A DNA stretch of 64,000 nt, from positions 1 through 64,000 of the forward strand of contig JBKCUU010000058.1 in NCBI GenBank assembly GCA_046318155.1, read 5' to 3'. The notes under the pieces were generated by a model that did not search any database, had not been told where the DNA came from, and worked only from the letters and a program-made list of their open reading frames with translations. Within the stretch, counting starts at the first letter, position 1; each line of letters opens with the position of its first letter. Origin of the DNA: Bdellovibrio sp. GTDB taxonomy: Bacteria > Bdellovibrionota > Bdellovibrionia > Bdellovibrionales > Bdellovibrionaceae. This document shows positions 29,566 through 39,141 of the stretch, piece after piece. A program made the translations under genes and the position numbers.

Positions 29566-30393
29566 GTGAATAACGTCAGGCGAGGTCTTCAGTCCGAACA
29601 AGGGCAGGGGATTCTGGAGTATATTTTGTTAATCGTTGTTGTCATCATGTTGGCAACTTTGCTGGCCAATCGGTTCTTTAAACCCTTTCGGGACTGGGCT
29701 CAGCATCACATCGGTAGCTATGTCGAATGCCTGCTTGACCAAGGAGAGCTGCCAGGCCTAGGCGGCGAAAATGGCGTGCAAGATTGCGAGTTCGAGAGTC
29801 CCTTTCAAGAGGGCGGAGCAAGCAAAGATGGTTCTGATGGCTCTGCTGGCAAAGGTACGGGATCCGAAGAAAACGACGGCGAAAAAGAATCAGAAAATGA
29901 TCTCGGAAAATCAGACCAACGGACAGGACGCCTCAGCGCCGTTGCTGGAGGACGTCAGCGATCGGTTCGTGTGGGTGGATTTGATGGCGCAAGCGAGTCT
30001 AAATCGATTGTTGTGGAACAAGAGGGCGAGGCAAGAGATCGAAGTGCAGGGACCTATAGGGGCCGCTATGGCTCTGTCGCAGTCAATGATCGAAGCCGAC
30101 CGATGCAGGTCACTGGGCTCGGGGGCATGATCATGGCCGAGCGCGAGCGCATCAAAAAGCGCGAAGAAAAAGTCAATAAGGTCGCCGAAATCAGTGAAGA
30201 TGGCGACTCTCGAAGCGGTCGAAAGCTAATAGTAAATCCAGAGCTACGCACAAGAGTCGAAGCCGATGTTGCGTCAGAAGGCTTTTCCTTTGGAAAAATT
30301 TTCCGTCTGCTCATCATTATTTTTGTCGCCATTGCCTTGATTCTATTTGTGGGTGGTCAGCTCGCGCAAATTTCAAAAAGCATGGAGAAATAG
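29566..30393 (+). CDS. Flp/TadE-type prepilin-like protein with long low-complexity region and C-terminal TM helix
   Basis: EQG^QGILEYILLIVVVIMLA (E+5, Y+6); C-terminal RLLIIIFVAIALILFVGG. Confidence 0.7.
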   Translation: MNNVRRGLQSEQGQGILEYILLIVVVIMLATLLANRFFKPFRDWAQHHIGSYVECLLDQGELPGLGGENGVQDCEFESPFQEGGASKDGSDGSAGKGTGSEENDGEKESENDLGKSDQRTGRLSAVAGGRQRSVRVGGFDGASESKSIVVEQEGEARDRSAGTYRGRYGSVAVNDRSRPMQVTGLGGMIMAERERIKKREEKVNKVAEISEDGDSRSGRKLIVNPELRTRVEADVASEGFSFGKIFRLLIIIFVAIALILFVGGQLAQISKSMEK

Positions 30394-30529
30394 CTCCCAA
30401 GCTCTTGTTGCGCTGCAAGAGAAATTTCTTCAGCCGTCTTCTACCAATTTGGTCTTTTTGTTGTAACTTTGCGGCCTTTGATTGAGAAAGAGCCTCCTTT
30501 TTGACAGAGTCATTTTAGTTGAGGGCTTG

Positions 30530-30904
30530 ATGGACAACTTGGTTTCGATTTCGCAGGCACAACGAGTTTTTTCACTGACACAGGCTCAGGAGCTTTTGCC
30601 CATTCTTTTGCATGTTACGGCGGACTCTCAACGAGAAGTTTCCAAGTTAGTGAACCGTCTTGAGGCGATTAAGTACGGAAGCACCGAAGCCGCCCGCCAG
30701 CTCGAAGATCAGATCCAAGCTCAAATTGATCATTGGCAAAAAAAGCTGTCGCGCTTAGGCGTACACCCTAAAGGACTCTGGCTTGCTGACTTTGATAATG
30801 GAAAGGGGTATTACTGCTGGAAATACCCCGAGAGCAGCATACGATTTTGCCATGGTTACCAAGACGGCTTTTCGGGGAGAAAAGAAATTCAACCTGAAAG
30901 CTGA
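30530..30904 (+). CDS. DUF2203-like protein
   Basis: FSLTQAQELLP...GVHPKGLWLADF...YYCWKYPE..I.FCHGYQDGFSGRK. Confidence 0.8.
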   Translation: MDNLVSISQAQRVFSLTQAQELLPILLHVTADSQREVSKLVNRLEAIKYGSTEAARQLEDQIQAQIDHWQKKLSRLGVHPKGLWLADFDNGKGYYCWKYPESSIRFCHGYQDGFSGRKEIQPES

Positions 30905-30906
30905 GC

Positions 30907-32565
30907 ATGAGAATCGCGATCGCCCAAATCAATCCCACCCTCGCCGACTTCGACTCCAATAAAAACAAAATTCTTGAGTTCTCAAAGCGGGCGCAAGAGC
31001 GCCACTGCGAACTGATCGTCTTTCCAGAGGCGTCTCTTTTTGGCTACCATCCCTTTGATTTGCTCGAGCTGTCTGAAATGGTCGAGGCGCAAAATAAGTT
31101 TCTCAAAGAAATAGAAAAGTCAGCTCCAAAAGGTATGGGCCTTTTGTTTGGCACCATCACGAAAAGCAATCTTAAATTTGGGAGGCCCTATTACAACTCG
31201 GCCGTTTTTGTTGAGCGCGGTAAAAAGACACGCGTGTTTCACAAGCAACTGCTGCCCACAGGAGACGTCTTTGATGAAGCTCGGTTTATCGAAACTGGCA
31301 AACTTGTTAACAATGTGCTCAAGTTCAAAGAGCAAAAAATATTGATTACTGTTTGCGAAGATATTTGGGCTTGGGACGACAAAAAAGGCCGAAGCCAATA
31401 TCTTGAAAATCCTCTTAAGGCCGTCGCCAAAAAAGAGAAAGGGTTTGATTTAGTCATAAACCTAAGCGCTTCACCTTTTTATCCAGGCAAAGAAAAAGTT
31501 CGGAACGAGCTGGTAAAAAAAACGGCGGCACTTTTTAAGTCGCCTATGGTTTATTGCAACATGGTTGGCGCTCAAGACGAAATTGTTTTTGATGGTCAGA
31601 GCTTTGCTTTGGACGCCAAAGGACGAGAGCTCGCGAGATTGATGCCTTTTGAAGAAGATCTCGGCGTGCTCGACCTTCAAAAAATGGAAGGCATGAGGCG
31701 CACCGAAAAAGCATCAGATCTCGAAAAGATTCGGCGAGCAATTGTCCTCGGAATGCGGGACTTTTGTCAGAAGACGGGATTAGCTAAAGTTCACCTCGGA
31801 CTCAGTGGTGGTGTTGATTCTGCACTCGTCGCATGTTTAGCCGTCGATGCACTCGGGCCTTCGAATGTGAAGGGATTTGCGCTTCCAAGTGAGTTTAATG
31901 CACTCGAAAGCTTGTCGCTGGCTCAGCAGTTGGCAAAAAATCTCGGGATCGAGCTCAAGACAATTTCCATTCAAGAGCCTTATCGGATTTTGCGCAAACT
32001 GATCGATACTTCCTTGGGCCTAAAAGAGTTTGGACTTGTCCACGAAAACCTACAAGCCCGCCTCCGTGGTCTGCTTTTGATGGCCTATGCCAATAGCGCC
32101 AATTCTCTTTTGGTCGCGACAAGCAACAAGTCAGAATTAGCGGCGGGGTACTCGACCCTTTATGGAGATATGTGCGGCGGTTTAATGCCCATCGGTGACC
32201 TCACAAAAAAGCAAGTCTATGCATTATGTGAACTTTATAATCATGAGCAGAACCTCATCCCAAAAAAAATTCTGACGCGAGCGCCGTCCGCTGAGCTTCG
32301 TCCTCATCAAAAAGATCAAGACTCTTTGCCGGATTATGATCTTTTAGATCAAGCTGTTGAAAATGTCGTTGTCGACGGCAAGGCGGGCTCGGGTGCCGTC
32401 GATCAGTGGTTGATGGCTGCGCTGCTGAGGTCTGAGTTTAAGCGTTGGCAGGCGCCGCCGATCTTAAAAGTATCAAGACATTCATTTGGACGTGGCCGCC
32501 GATTTCCGATTTCGCACCGAGCCTCGAAGGTCTTGCTAAAGGCAAAGCCCATTAGAAAGAGCTGA
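30907..32565 (+). CDS. nadE: Glutamine-dependent NAD+ synthetase
   Basis: Nitrilase-fold domain (FPE, K, CEDIW), GLSGGVDS, ENLQARLRG, PSAEL, EFKRWQAPP. Confidence 0.95.
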   Translation: MRIAIAQINPTLADFDSNKNKILEFSKRAQERHCELIVFPEASLFGYHPFDLLELSEMVEAQNKFLKEIEKSAPKGMGLLFGTITKSNLKFGRPYYNSAVFVERGKKTRVFHKQLLPTGDVFDEARFIETGKLVNNVLKFKEQKILITVCEDIWAWDDKKGRSQYLENPLKAVAKKEKGFDLVINLSASPFYPGKEKVRNELVKKTAALFKSPMVYCNMVGAQDEIVFDGQSFALDAKGRELARLMPFEEDLGVLDLQKMEGMRRTEKASDLEKIRRAIVLGMRDFCQKTGLAKVHLGLSGGVDSALVACLAVDALGPSNVKGFALPSEFNALESLSLAQQLAKNLGIELKTISIQEPYRILRKLIDTSLGLKEFGLVHENLQARLRGLLLMAYANSANSLLVATSNKSELAAGYSTLYGDMCGGLMPIGDLTKKQVYALCELYNHEQNLIPKKILTRAPSAELRPHQKDQDSLPDYDLLDQAVENVVVDGKAGSGAVDQWLMAALLRSEFKRWQAPPILKVSRHSFGRGRRFPISHRASKVLLKAKPIRKS

Positions 32566-32611
32566 TCCTCCGACTTGCGCAGACGACCGAAGAAACGTTC
32601 TAAACTTGAGA

Positions 32612-33229
32612 TTAAAACAAAGACAGAAAATCGAGCTGTTTCGGACTTCTTTCGATGGCCGGAAAACGGGACTCCGATTTTCCGGTGAGAGCGATCAGAT
32701 TCTCGATTGCAGGCGCTTGTCCGTTGATCGAAATTCGTTTTAACATTTCCATGAAGAGCTGACCGCAATAGGTCGCATCTTCTTCGGCGCGGTGAAAACC
32801 CATCGTTGGAATTTTAAGGTGTTGAACAAGAGTTCCCAGCTTGTAATTTGGAAGTCCTGGAAAGATCTTGCGCGCGATCGGCAAGGTATCAAGAATCACT
32901 CCGCGAGGCGTTCCAAATTCGAATCTTTTATAATCAGCGATTAAAAACTGAGCATCAAAAGGAGCATTGTGAGCAACCATGGGGTCGGAGCCACAGAAAT
33001 CGGTAAATGATTGCAATATGGCATCAACGGTTGGTTTACCGGCGACCATATCGTTCGATATTCCATTCACGGCAGAGGCACCCGGAGGAATGGGAACTTT
33101 AGGATCAATCAAAGTCGAATAAACAGCCTCAACTTGTCCATCAACGAAGCGCACGGCCCCCACCTCGATAATTTGATTAACGCCAGGAACTGTGCCGGTG
33201 GTTTCAAGGTCAAAAGCTACAAATCTCAT
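32612..33229 (-). CDS. DEDDh 3'-5' exonuclease (DnaQ/PolC-like)
   Basis: FDLETTG, AHNAPFD, HRAEED. Start set to ATG 33229. Confidence 0.9.
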   Translation of the reverse strand: MRFVAFDLETTGTVPGVNQIIEVGAVRFVDGQVEAVYSTLIDPKVPIPPGASAVNGISNDMVAGKPTVDAILQSFTDFCGSDPMVAHNAPFDAQFLIADYKRFEFGTPRGVILDTLPIARKIFPGLPNYKLGTLVQHLKIPTMGFHRAEEDATYCGQLFMEMLKRISINGQAPAIENLIALTGKSESRFPAIERSPKQLDFLSLF

Positions 33230-33267
33230 GTATTTTTTGATACAGAAGAGAGGCGGGAGTTTCAAGC

Positions 33268-33585
33268 GTGCATTCAAAAGTTCGGTACCTAGTTCTTCCA
33301 GAGCGCAAAATTGTCGAGGCGAGTCATGGGCAAACCATTTTAGACTCTCTTTTAAAGGCGAACATACCCATTGACCATGCCTGCGGCGGTTTTGGAACCT
33401 GCGGCACTTGCCGCGTGCAAGTCGTCAAAGGGATCGAAAGAGTACCTTTGAGAAATGAAATTGAAGCTGAGATGGCCCAAGACAGGGGTTTTGCAGCCAA
33501 GGAGCGGCTCGCATGTCAGAGTGAGGTTTGCGAAGGTCTCGAGATCGAGCGTCAATCGCCAAGGCCTTCGCTTAAGGCCGAATAA
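33268..33585 (+). CDS. 2Fe-2S ferredoxin
   Basis: HACGGFGTCGTCRV...RLACQ. Confidence 0.9.
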   Translation: MHSKVRYLVLPERKIVEASHGQTILDSLLKANIPIDHACGGFGTCGTCRVQVVKGIERVPLRNEIEAEMAQDRGFAAKERLACQSEVCEGLEIERQSPRPSLKAE

Positions 33586-34771
33586 AAAATGGGTTGCTAT
33601 AAATCCAAGTGAACCAGCGAGTCCCATCGGGAAGCGGAAGTGTCGGACTGATTCTGACGATCACTCTGTACACCCCAGGCGACGTGACGTCGAGCTCGAG
33701 CTTTTGTGTATTCACTGTTTGAAATCGATCTCCGTTTTGAAGAGAAACAATTTCATAATAATACGAGGGCTCCCGCGCCAGTTCTGCGACGAGCCTGAGG
33801 CCAGGTTTAAATTTAATTTCGGAACCCATTGGGTAGACCTTCTCTTTGTCGTGGACCATGGCAACAAAGCCTTTCGGATTTCCGAGCAAGTCAAGTGACA
33901 CGTAAAATTGGCCGGCCTTGAGTGCCGACAAAATTTTCTGTCTGTCTTTTTGGTAGTTGCCTGTCAGTTCAGAATCGAGAAGGACGTGATTGTTAACAAT
34001 TTGAAAAGAGGTCTGGTAGCTGGGAAACTTGATCAAATAATCGGTCAACGGAATCGCTCGTGCCGACGCGTCGGCACCGCCGTAGCCAAGAAGCTTTCGT
34101 TCCTGACTCATCTGATCCCAGAGCGAGAGCTCGTCTGTCGGCTCTCGAAAGAGACGCAAAAAAGCGTACCTTGGATTGAAGGGATAAATAACAAAGCTCC
34201 ACAGCACATCCAGAGGTGAGCGTTTCCAGGCACGGCTAGCAATCGCTTTCGGATTGAAAATCTCGAGCCCATCTAAACCTGGTGGAAAAGGACCCGTCCA
34301 AGTGGGACCACTTTTAAAAGGATGAGCTAAGATCAGTAAACCTTCGCGAGTTTGTGGATCTTGTTGGGAAAGAAGGTCAGTAAAAAAAACGGTTGATTCT
34401 TGAGCTTGCTCAATGTGGTGGTCAGAAAAGTAAAGAAGCCGAGAGTCTAAGAAGCTGTACTCGCCCTCGTTCATGACCAGTAAATTTCCGCTGTAGCTAT
34501 TCATAGATTCGACGTGATCGAACTGATTAACGTCTGTGATCACGATAAAATCCAAGTCCGATTTTTTGGCGTCCTCAATCACCTCGTTTGGGCTTGATGA
34601 ACCAAGACTGAGTTGTGTGTGAACATTAAGGACGCCTCGATAGTCGTAAAAATTTGGCGGATTTTCTGCTTTAAGACCAAGTGGTATGGCATCAAACGAG
34701 GCTTGCGACAGATAAAATCCATAGACAAAATATCCTAAAATCAAGACTGTCAGCGCAACAATCAACTTCAT
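33572..34771 (-). CDS. Membrane-anchored PHP-domain-like protein
   Basis: RGVLNVHT, LDFIVITDVN, ILAHP, GLEIFN, YSNPF; N-terminal TM helix. Confidence 0.75.
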   Translation of the reverse strand: MKLIVALTVLILGYFVYGFYLSQASFDAIPLGLKAENPPNFYDYRGVLNVHTQLSLGSSSPNEVIEDAKKSDLDFIVITDVNQFDHVESMNSYSGNLLVMNEGEYSFLDSRLLYFSDHHIEQAQESTVFFTDLLSQQDPQTREGLLILAHPFKSGPTWTGPFPPGLDGLEIFNPKAIASRAWKRSPLDVLWSFVIYPFNPRYAFLRLFREPTDELSLWDQMSQERKLLGYGGADASARAIPLTDYLIKFPSYQTSFQIVNNHVLLDSELTGNYQKDRQKILSALKAGQFYVSLDLLGNPKGFVAMVHDKEKVYPMGSEIKFKPGLRLVAELAREPSYYYEIVSLQNGDRFQTVNTQKLELDVTSPGVYRVIVRISPTLPLPDGTRWFTWIYSNPFFIRP

Positions 34772-36081
34772 AAAAGCGTGATCTTTACAATCTCAAAGTT
34801 TGGTGGACGTTTTTCAACCATTTGGACCTGAGTGTGCCTGCTCTGAAGCCAAACGGAAAGGCCTTGCCCCTCGCGTTTGATTAAATAAAACGAACTTTGC
34901 CCGGGCATTGATTCTGGAAGCTCGTCAAAGAAGTCGCGGCGACTCATGCCTCTGAGTTTTGGGATCAACTTCTTCGTTTCAAAACTTAAAATCGACGCCA
35001 TCTGATAGGTGTTGGCGTAGAGCGGTTGATAGGTAGCGGCAAGGCTTGCGAGCGAACGATACTGGTGAGTTTCGTCAATTTTTTCGTTTTCAGGAAACCA
35101 GGGTACCAGCCAATGCGAAATCAAAATTGCCGTTGCCACAACCCAAAAAGCGCAGGTCAGAGCAACCCATTTTTTGGTCTGGGACCCTTTGGCGACGACG
35201 GCGTAAGCGGGTGCGTAGCCGACAATCGGCCAATTTCCCTCAACGACGGACTTAAAAGAGGAGTAAAGAAAGAAGGCCCACGAGAAAAGTGCGTTCCAAG
35301 TAAAAAGGCGGATGGTTTTGTCGCGGTACCCGCGCATGAATGCAGGAATAAGAAAGGGACTAAAAAACAAAATTTGAGACAAGACATAAGAAAGCGTCCA
35401 GTCGGACTTCCAGTCGCCGCCGCTAAAGCCGTGATTTAGCTGAAATCTGAATGAAGACCAGTCATTTGCAGCATTCCAATAAAGAACGGGTATCGAAAAC
35501 AAGAAGCCCGCAAACATGGTGAGGGGCAAAAAAGACCACTTTACTTGGCGCCATTTTTTTTCAAAGGCGAGATCCATCAACAGAATGGGAACCACCAGGA
35601 CAATGTGATACTTGGAGCAAAACCCCAGACCGAGTGCCGCTCCAAAAGCAAGGTACCAGCGGGGTGATGGATCCTTAAGGGCGTTAGAATAAAAGAGAAG
35701 ACTCAGAGCCCAGAAAAAAAGTACCGGCAAGTCAGGCGTCACAATCAATGAGCCAAAGCCGATAAATGGTGTCAGAAGCGCAAGCAAGGTCCAGAGCTTC
35801 ATCTGATTCGTCGTGAGCTTGTCTTTTAAAAGCTGGTACCAAACCAGGAGGGTCGCGTGACCCAATAAAACGGCAGGCCATCGAACAGAAAAGAAAAAGT
35901 TCTCAAACGGATGCCCCAGCCACAACAACCACGAAACAAAAGGTGGATGATCAAAATAACTGAGCTGCAAGTGATGCGACCAAATCCAGTAATAGGCTTC
36001 ATCCGCAGCCAAGGGTAAGATGGCTGCAAGAAAGAGCTTCACCAAGAGTGAAAGCCACCAAAGGCGAAAAAACCAGGTCAC
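34768..36081 (-). CDS. ArnT/PMT-type (GT-C fold) membrane glycosyltransferase
   Basis: DEAYYW...SYFDHPP, TPDLP, SKY; multiple TM helices. Confidence 0.88.
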   Translation of the reverse strand: MTWFFRLWWLSLLVKLFLAAILPLAADEAYYWIWSHHLQLSYFDHPPFVSWLLWLGHPFENFFFSVRWPAVLLGHATLLVWYQLLKDKLTTNQMKLWTLLALLTPFIGFGSLIVTPDLPVLFFWALSLLFYSNALKDPSPRWYLAFGAALGLGFCSKYHIVLVVPILLMDLAFEKKWRQVKWSFLPLTMFAGFLFSIPVLYWNAANDWSSFRFQLNHGFSGGDWKSDWTLSYVLSQILFFSPFLIPAFMRGYRDKTIRLFTWNALFSWAFFLYSSFKSVVEGNWPIVGYAPAYAVVAKGSQTKKWVALTCAFWVVATAILISHWLVPWFPENEKIDETHQYRSLASLAATYQPLYANTYQMASILSFETKKLIPKLRGMSRRDFFDELPESMPGQSSFYLIKREGQGLSVWLQSRHTQVQMVEKRPPNFEIVKITLL

Positions 36082-37151
36082 TGGGGCAAGCTAAGCTTCA
36101 AAGGTTGCCCAATGGATCCGGGCACTCCTCGGTCACGTCCGTTGACGATAAGATTCACCGCTCCGCCATCACTGAGCTCGAGCAAGACTGTTCCCTTGGA
36201 CCTGATGGTGTGAAGTTTATCCGCCGAAAGCTCGAGAGATTGGGTTTTGCCATCAATCAGGGTGTATTTCACGGTGACCCTACTTAACGCTTCAAGAATC
36301 ACTTCAGTGGGTCGAACCTCTGGCGACGGTGAAGCGGTTGGGGTCGGACTAGGCGCTGGCGAAGATGTGGTTGAAGGCGTCGGTGAAGGCGCCGGTGAAG
36401 GCGTTGCGGTCGGACGTGCTGTTGGCGATGGTGTCACCGTGGGCATTGGGGTGGCAGTCGGAGAAGGCGCGAGCGTCGGAGAAGGAGTCGGACTCGGGCT
36501 CGCAGTCGGCGAAGGAGTCAAGGTCGCAGCTGGTATTGTCATCGCGTCAGGAGGAGGGGCCGAGGCAGTCATTAAAGCTGGAACAGAAGAATCAACAGGT
36601 GGCGCATTGCTCCCTGGGGTCATTGAGACTGCGTTGCCCTCTGCTGGCGCGACAGGCGTCGACTCGACGGCAACAACAGGAGCGCCGGTTTCAATTTTAA
36701 GAGGGCGTATTGTTCGCTCTTTTTGATACTTTTCGACCATCTTGGCAACAAAGACGATCAGGACGAAAAATAAGATTCCGCCGCCGACGAGAAAAATCTT
36801 ACTTTGCTTTTGCGATAGAGAAGCTTCTTCGTTTTGTCGGGGACGAATCACCGCGGTGGGAGCGGTTGGGGTGTCACTAGACGCGGCACCTAAAGTTAGT
36901 TTCGAGTCTGCAGCTTTGACGCCATACTCTTCGCTGAAGAGTCGGAGCACTTCATCGTTATCGAGCCGTAAATACTGAGCATAGGACTTTACAAAACCGC
37001 GCAAGAAAGTTTTTGCGGGCAAATCTTCTTTTTGCCCGTCTTCGAGTGCGGACAGTATCTTAGGATTAATTTTGAGCGAGAGGCCGATCTCGTGCAGAGA
37101 GAGGCTCTTTTTTTCGCGTGCATTTTTAAGGAACTGTCCTAATTTACTCAT
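36078..37151 (-). CDS. rodZ: RodZ-like protein (HTH - TM - Pro/Thr linker - C-terminal beta domain)
   Basis: LGQFLKNARE...FLRGFVKSYAQYL, single TM helix, C-terminal GAVNLIVNGR; follows the pilF/tgl-like gene. Confidence 0.8.
   Translation of the reverse strand: MSKLGQFLKNAREKKSLSLHEIGLSLKINPKILSALEDGQKEDLPAKTFLRGFVKSYAQYLRLDNDEVLRLFSEEYGVKAADSKLTLGAASSDTPTAPTAVIRPRQNEEASLSQKQSKIFLVGGGILFFVLIVFVAKMVEKYQKERTIRPLKIETGAPVVAVESTPVAPAEGNAVSMTPGSNAPPVDSSVPALMTASAPPPDAMTIPAATLTPSPTASPSPTPSPTLAPSPTATPMPTVTPSPTARPTATPSPAPSPTPSTTSSPAPSPTPTASPSPEVRPTEVILEALSRVTVKYTLIDGKTQSLELSADKLHTIRSKGTVLLELSDGGAVNLIVNGRDRGVPGSIGQPLKLSLPQ
36321..36527 (-). repeat. Low-complexity (T/S/A-P-S-P) coding repeat in the RodZ-like linker
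   Basis: TPSPTASPSPTPSPTLAPSPTATPMPTVTPSP...; degenerate at DNA level. Confidence 0.8.
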
Positions 37152-37153
37152 AG

Positions 37154-37906
37154 TTACCTTCGCATCGTTTCAAGCATAGATCGGGCGCGGTCATAATATT
37201 TTCCGTTCGAGTACAACTTCGTGATCTCTTCAAGGCGAACTTCAGCTTTGCGTGCATCACCAAGTTGGTAGTAAGCCAAAGCACTATAGTACTGAGGCTC
37301 ATCCAGCGTACCGCGCTGACAAAATCCGATCGCTCGGTCCAAAGACGCCGCCGCTGCCGAAAAATCTTTTAGTTCAAACAGCGAGCGCCCATAAAGAGTT
37401 TGGGCCATACAGTTGGATCTTTGAAATTCGATAGCCTTCAGGAGGCGGCCCTTGGCTTCGCGGTAACGCCCTTGCCGAAACGACAAGTAGCCAAGATTAA
37501 GATGAATTTTTTCCGGAGTGATAAATGTCAAATCCTGAAGAGCTTCTTTGAGGATTTTCTCAGCCGCAGCGAACTCGGACTTTTCAGTTAAAACACGCCC
37601 GAGATTGTTTTTTGCTTCAGTAAAAGTGGGATCAAGCCTGATTGCGCGTCGAATATGCTTTTCGGCCATTTCATTTTTTTCCCGCGCAAAATAGACGAGA
37701 CCTAAATTGTTCTGAATGACCGCACTTTCGGGATCAAGCTGCTCAGCCTTGAGAAGTTCGGTCATCGCCTGTGGATAGCTTCCGTTTTCAAGAAGCGAAG
37801 AACCCACACGAAGGTGCAAGTCAGCTTGTTCAGGATCTCGTCCGCCCAAACTCGTGCAAGCGGCAAGGTTTAGAATAAGACCAAAAAACAGTAAAAACCT
37901 TAGCAT
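37154..37906 (-). CDS. TPR lipoprotein of PilF/PilW/Tgl type (pilotin)
   Basis: Lipobox LAAC; TPRs with NNLG; ndk-...-pilF-rodZ synteny. Confidence 0.75.
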   Translation of the reverse strand: MLRFLLFFGLILNLAACTSLGGRDPEQADLHLRVGSSLLENGSYPQAMTELLKAEQLDPESAVIQNNLGLVYFAREKNEMAEKHIRRAIRLDPTFTEAKNNLGRVLTEKSEFAAAEKILKEALQDLTFITPEKIHLNLGYLSFRQGRYREAKGRLLKAIEFQRSNCMAQTLYGRSLFELKDFSAAAASLDRAIGFCQRGTLDEPQYYSALAYYQLGDARKAEVRLEEITKLYSNGKYYDRARSMLETMRR

Positions 37907-37936
37907 ATTGAAAGGTTAACACCCGAGTTTCCTGAG

Positions 37937-39082
37937 TCAACGCTTGAGTTCGACGAGGGTCTCGACATGGTCGGTCTGTGGGAACATATCAAAAAGCTGC
38001 GCTCGTGAAATCGTCCAACGTCCAGGCGCGAGTTTTTCAAATCGCGCCAGGTCACGAGTGAGGCTCATTGGATCACAGCTGATATAGAGAATCGTCTTTG
38101 CTTCGCTGTGGGCAAGAGCCTGAACAATAGACTCATCTAGACCCGCCCGAGGCGGATCGACCAAGACCAGCGACTGCGATGGCGGAGATCTCCGTTTTAA
38201 GAACAAGCTGACGTCACTTCTATAAAATTCGAGTTTCTTTGGCGAGATTTTCGAGTTTTGAGCTTGGGTCTGCGCAGCTTTGATCGAAGATGAAGACAAC
38301 TCGACTCCTAGCCCTGAGGTCTTAGGAAAGCGCGACAAAAATGGAAACGTAAAGTTTCCGGAACCACAATAAAGATCCCAAAAAACGTCAAATTGCGAAT
38401 CTGCACTCCAACTCAAGACTTTCTCAACCAACAGTTCATTGACGAAGCGATTGACCTGAGAAAACGCAAGCTCACGCTGATCAAGCTGCCTGATTTGAGG
38501 CTGATGATCGGCCGCCAGTGAAATTTCCCAATTTTCGAAATCGGGCGCCTCTAGTGATTTTGGCTGTAATGGCTGCCGAGCGAGGGCTGCAATCGCGGGC
38601 ACGAGAGGCTCTTCTGCCAAAGGACAATCTTGAATCGGCACCAGGCGATGACTTCCGCTTTCAAAATAACCGACTTCTGCACCTCGCTTTTTAAGCTGAA
38701 TGCGATTTCGGTATCGCAAGGTTTTTTTACTCTGAATTAGTGGCAAGAATTCGGCAAACCGGACTCCTGCTTTTGCGAAAGACTCTTTAACAAGCGCCTG
38801 TTTCCAGGCGGCCTGCTTTTCGTCTGCGAGATGTTGCCAATTGCATCCACCGCAGCGTCCATAAACGGGACAAGGGGGAGTTTTTCTGTCCCTCGAAGCC
38901 TTAACGACATTTAAGATTTTTGCAAAACCATGCTTTTTTCGCAGTTCAGTAATTTCAACCACGAGCTCATCGCCGGGGGCTGCAAACTCAACAAAGAGGA
39001 CAAATCCATCGACGCGGGTCACGCCGCCGCCATGCAAGCTCATTTTCTCGATTGTGACAGAAACTTTGTCGCCTTTTTTCAT
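37937..39082 (-). CDS. TRAM-domain RNA m5U methyltransferase (RlmD/TrmA family)
   Basis: CPVYGRCGGCNWQH, FSQVN, DLYCGSG, DPPRAG, YISC, DMFPQTDHVE. Confidence 0.92.
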   Translation of the reverse strand: MKKGDKVSVTIEKMSLHGGGVTRVDGFVLFVEFAAPGDELVVEITELRKKHGFAKILNVVKASRDRKTPPCPVYGRCGGCNWQHLADEKQAAWKQALVKESFAKAGVRFAEFLPLIQSKKTLRYRNRIQLKKRGAEVGYFESGSHRLVPIQDCPLAEEPLVPAIAALARQPLQPKSLEAPDFENWEISLAADHQPQIRQLDQRELAFSQVNRFVNELLVEKVLSWSADSQFDVFWDLYCGSGNFTFPFLSRFPKTSGLGVELSSSSIKAAQTQAQNSKISPKKLEFYRSDVSLFLKRRSPPSQSLVLVDPPRAGLDESIVQALAHSEAKTILYISCDPMSLTRDLARFEKLAPGRWTISRAQLFDMFPQTDHVETLVELKR

Positions 39083-39087
39083 TCGAT

Positions 39088-39113
39088 AAAAAAAGGCAGC
39101 CCAGTGGCTGCCT
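39088..39113 (-). terminator. Intrinsic terminator after ndk
   Basis: Stem AGGCAGCC/GGCTGCCT, 4-nt loop, U-tract on the minus strand. Confidence 0.75.
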
Positions 39114-39141
39114 ATTTATCTCCCTCTTGAGAACGATCCTA

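Noticed and set aside
36247..36726. Gly/Val/Glu-repeat ORF on the + strand
   Set aside because: Antisense shadow of the Pro/Thr/Ser linker of the RodZ-like gene
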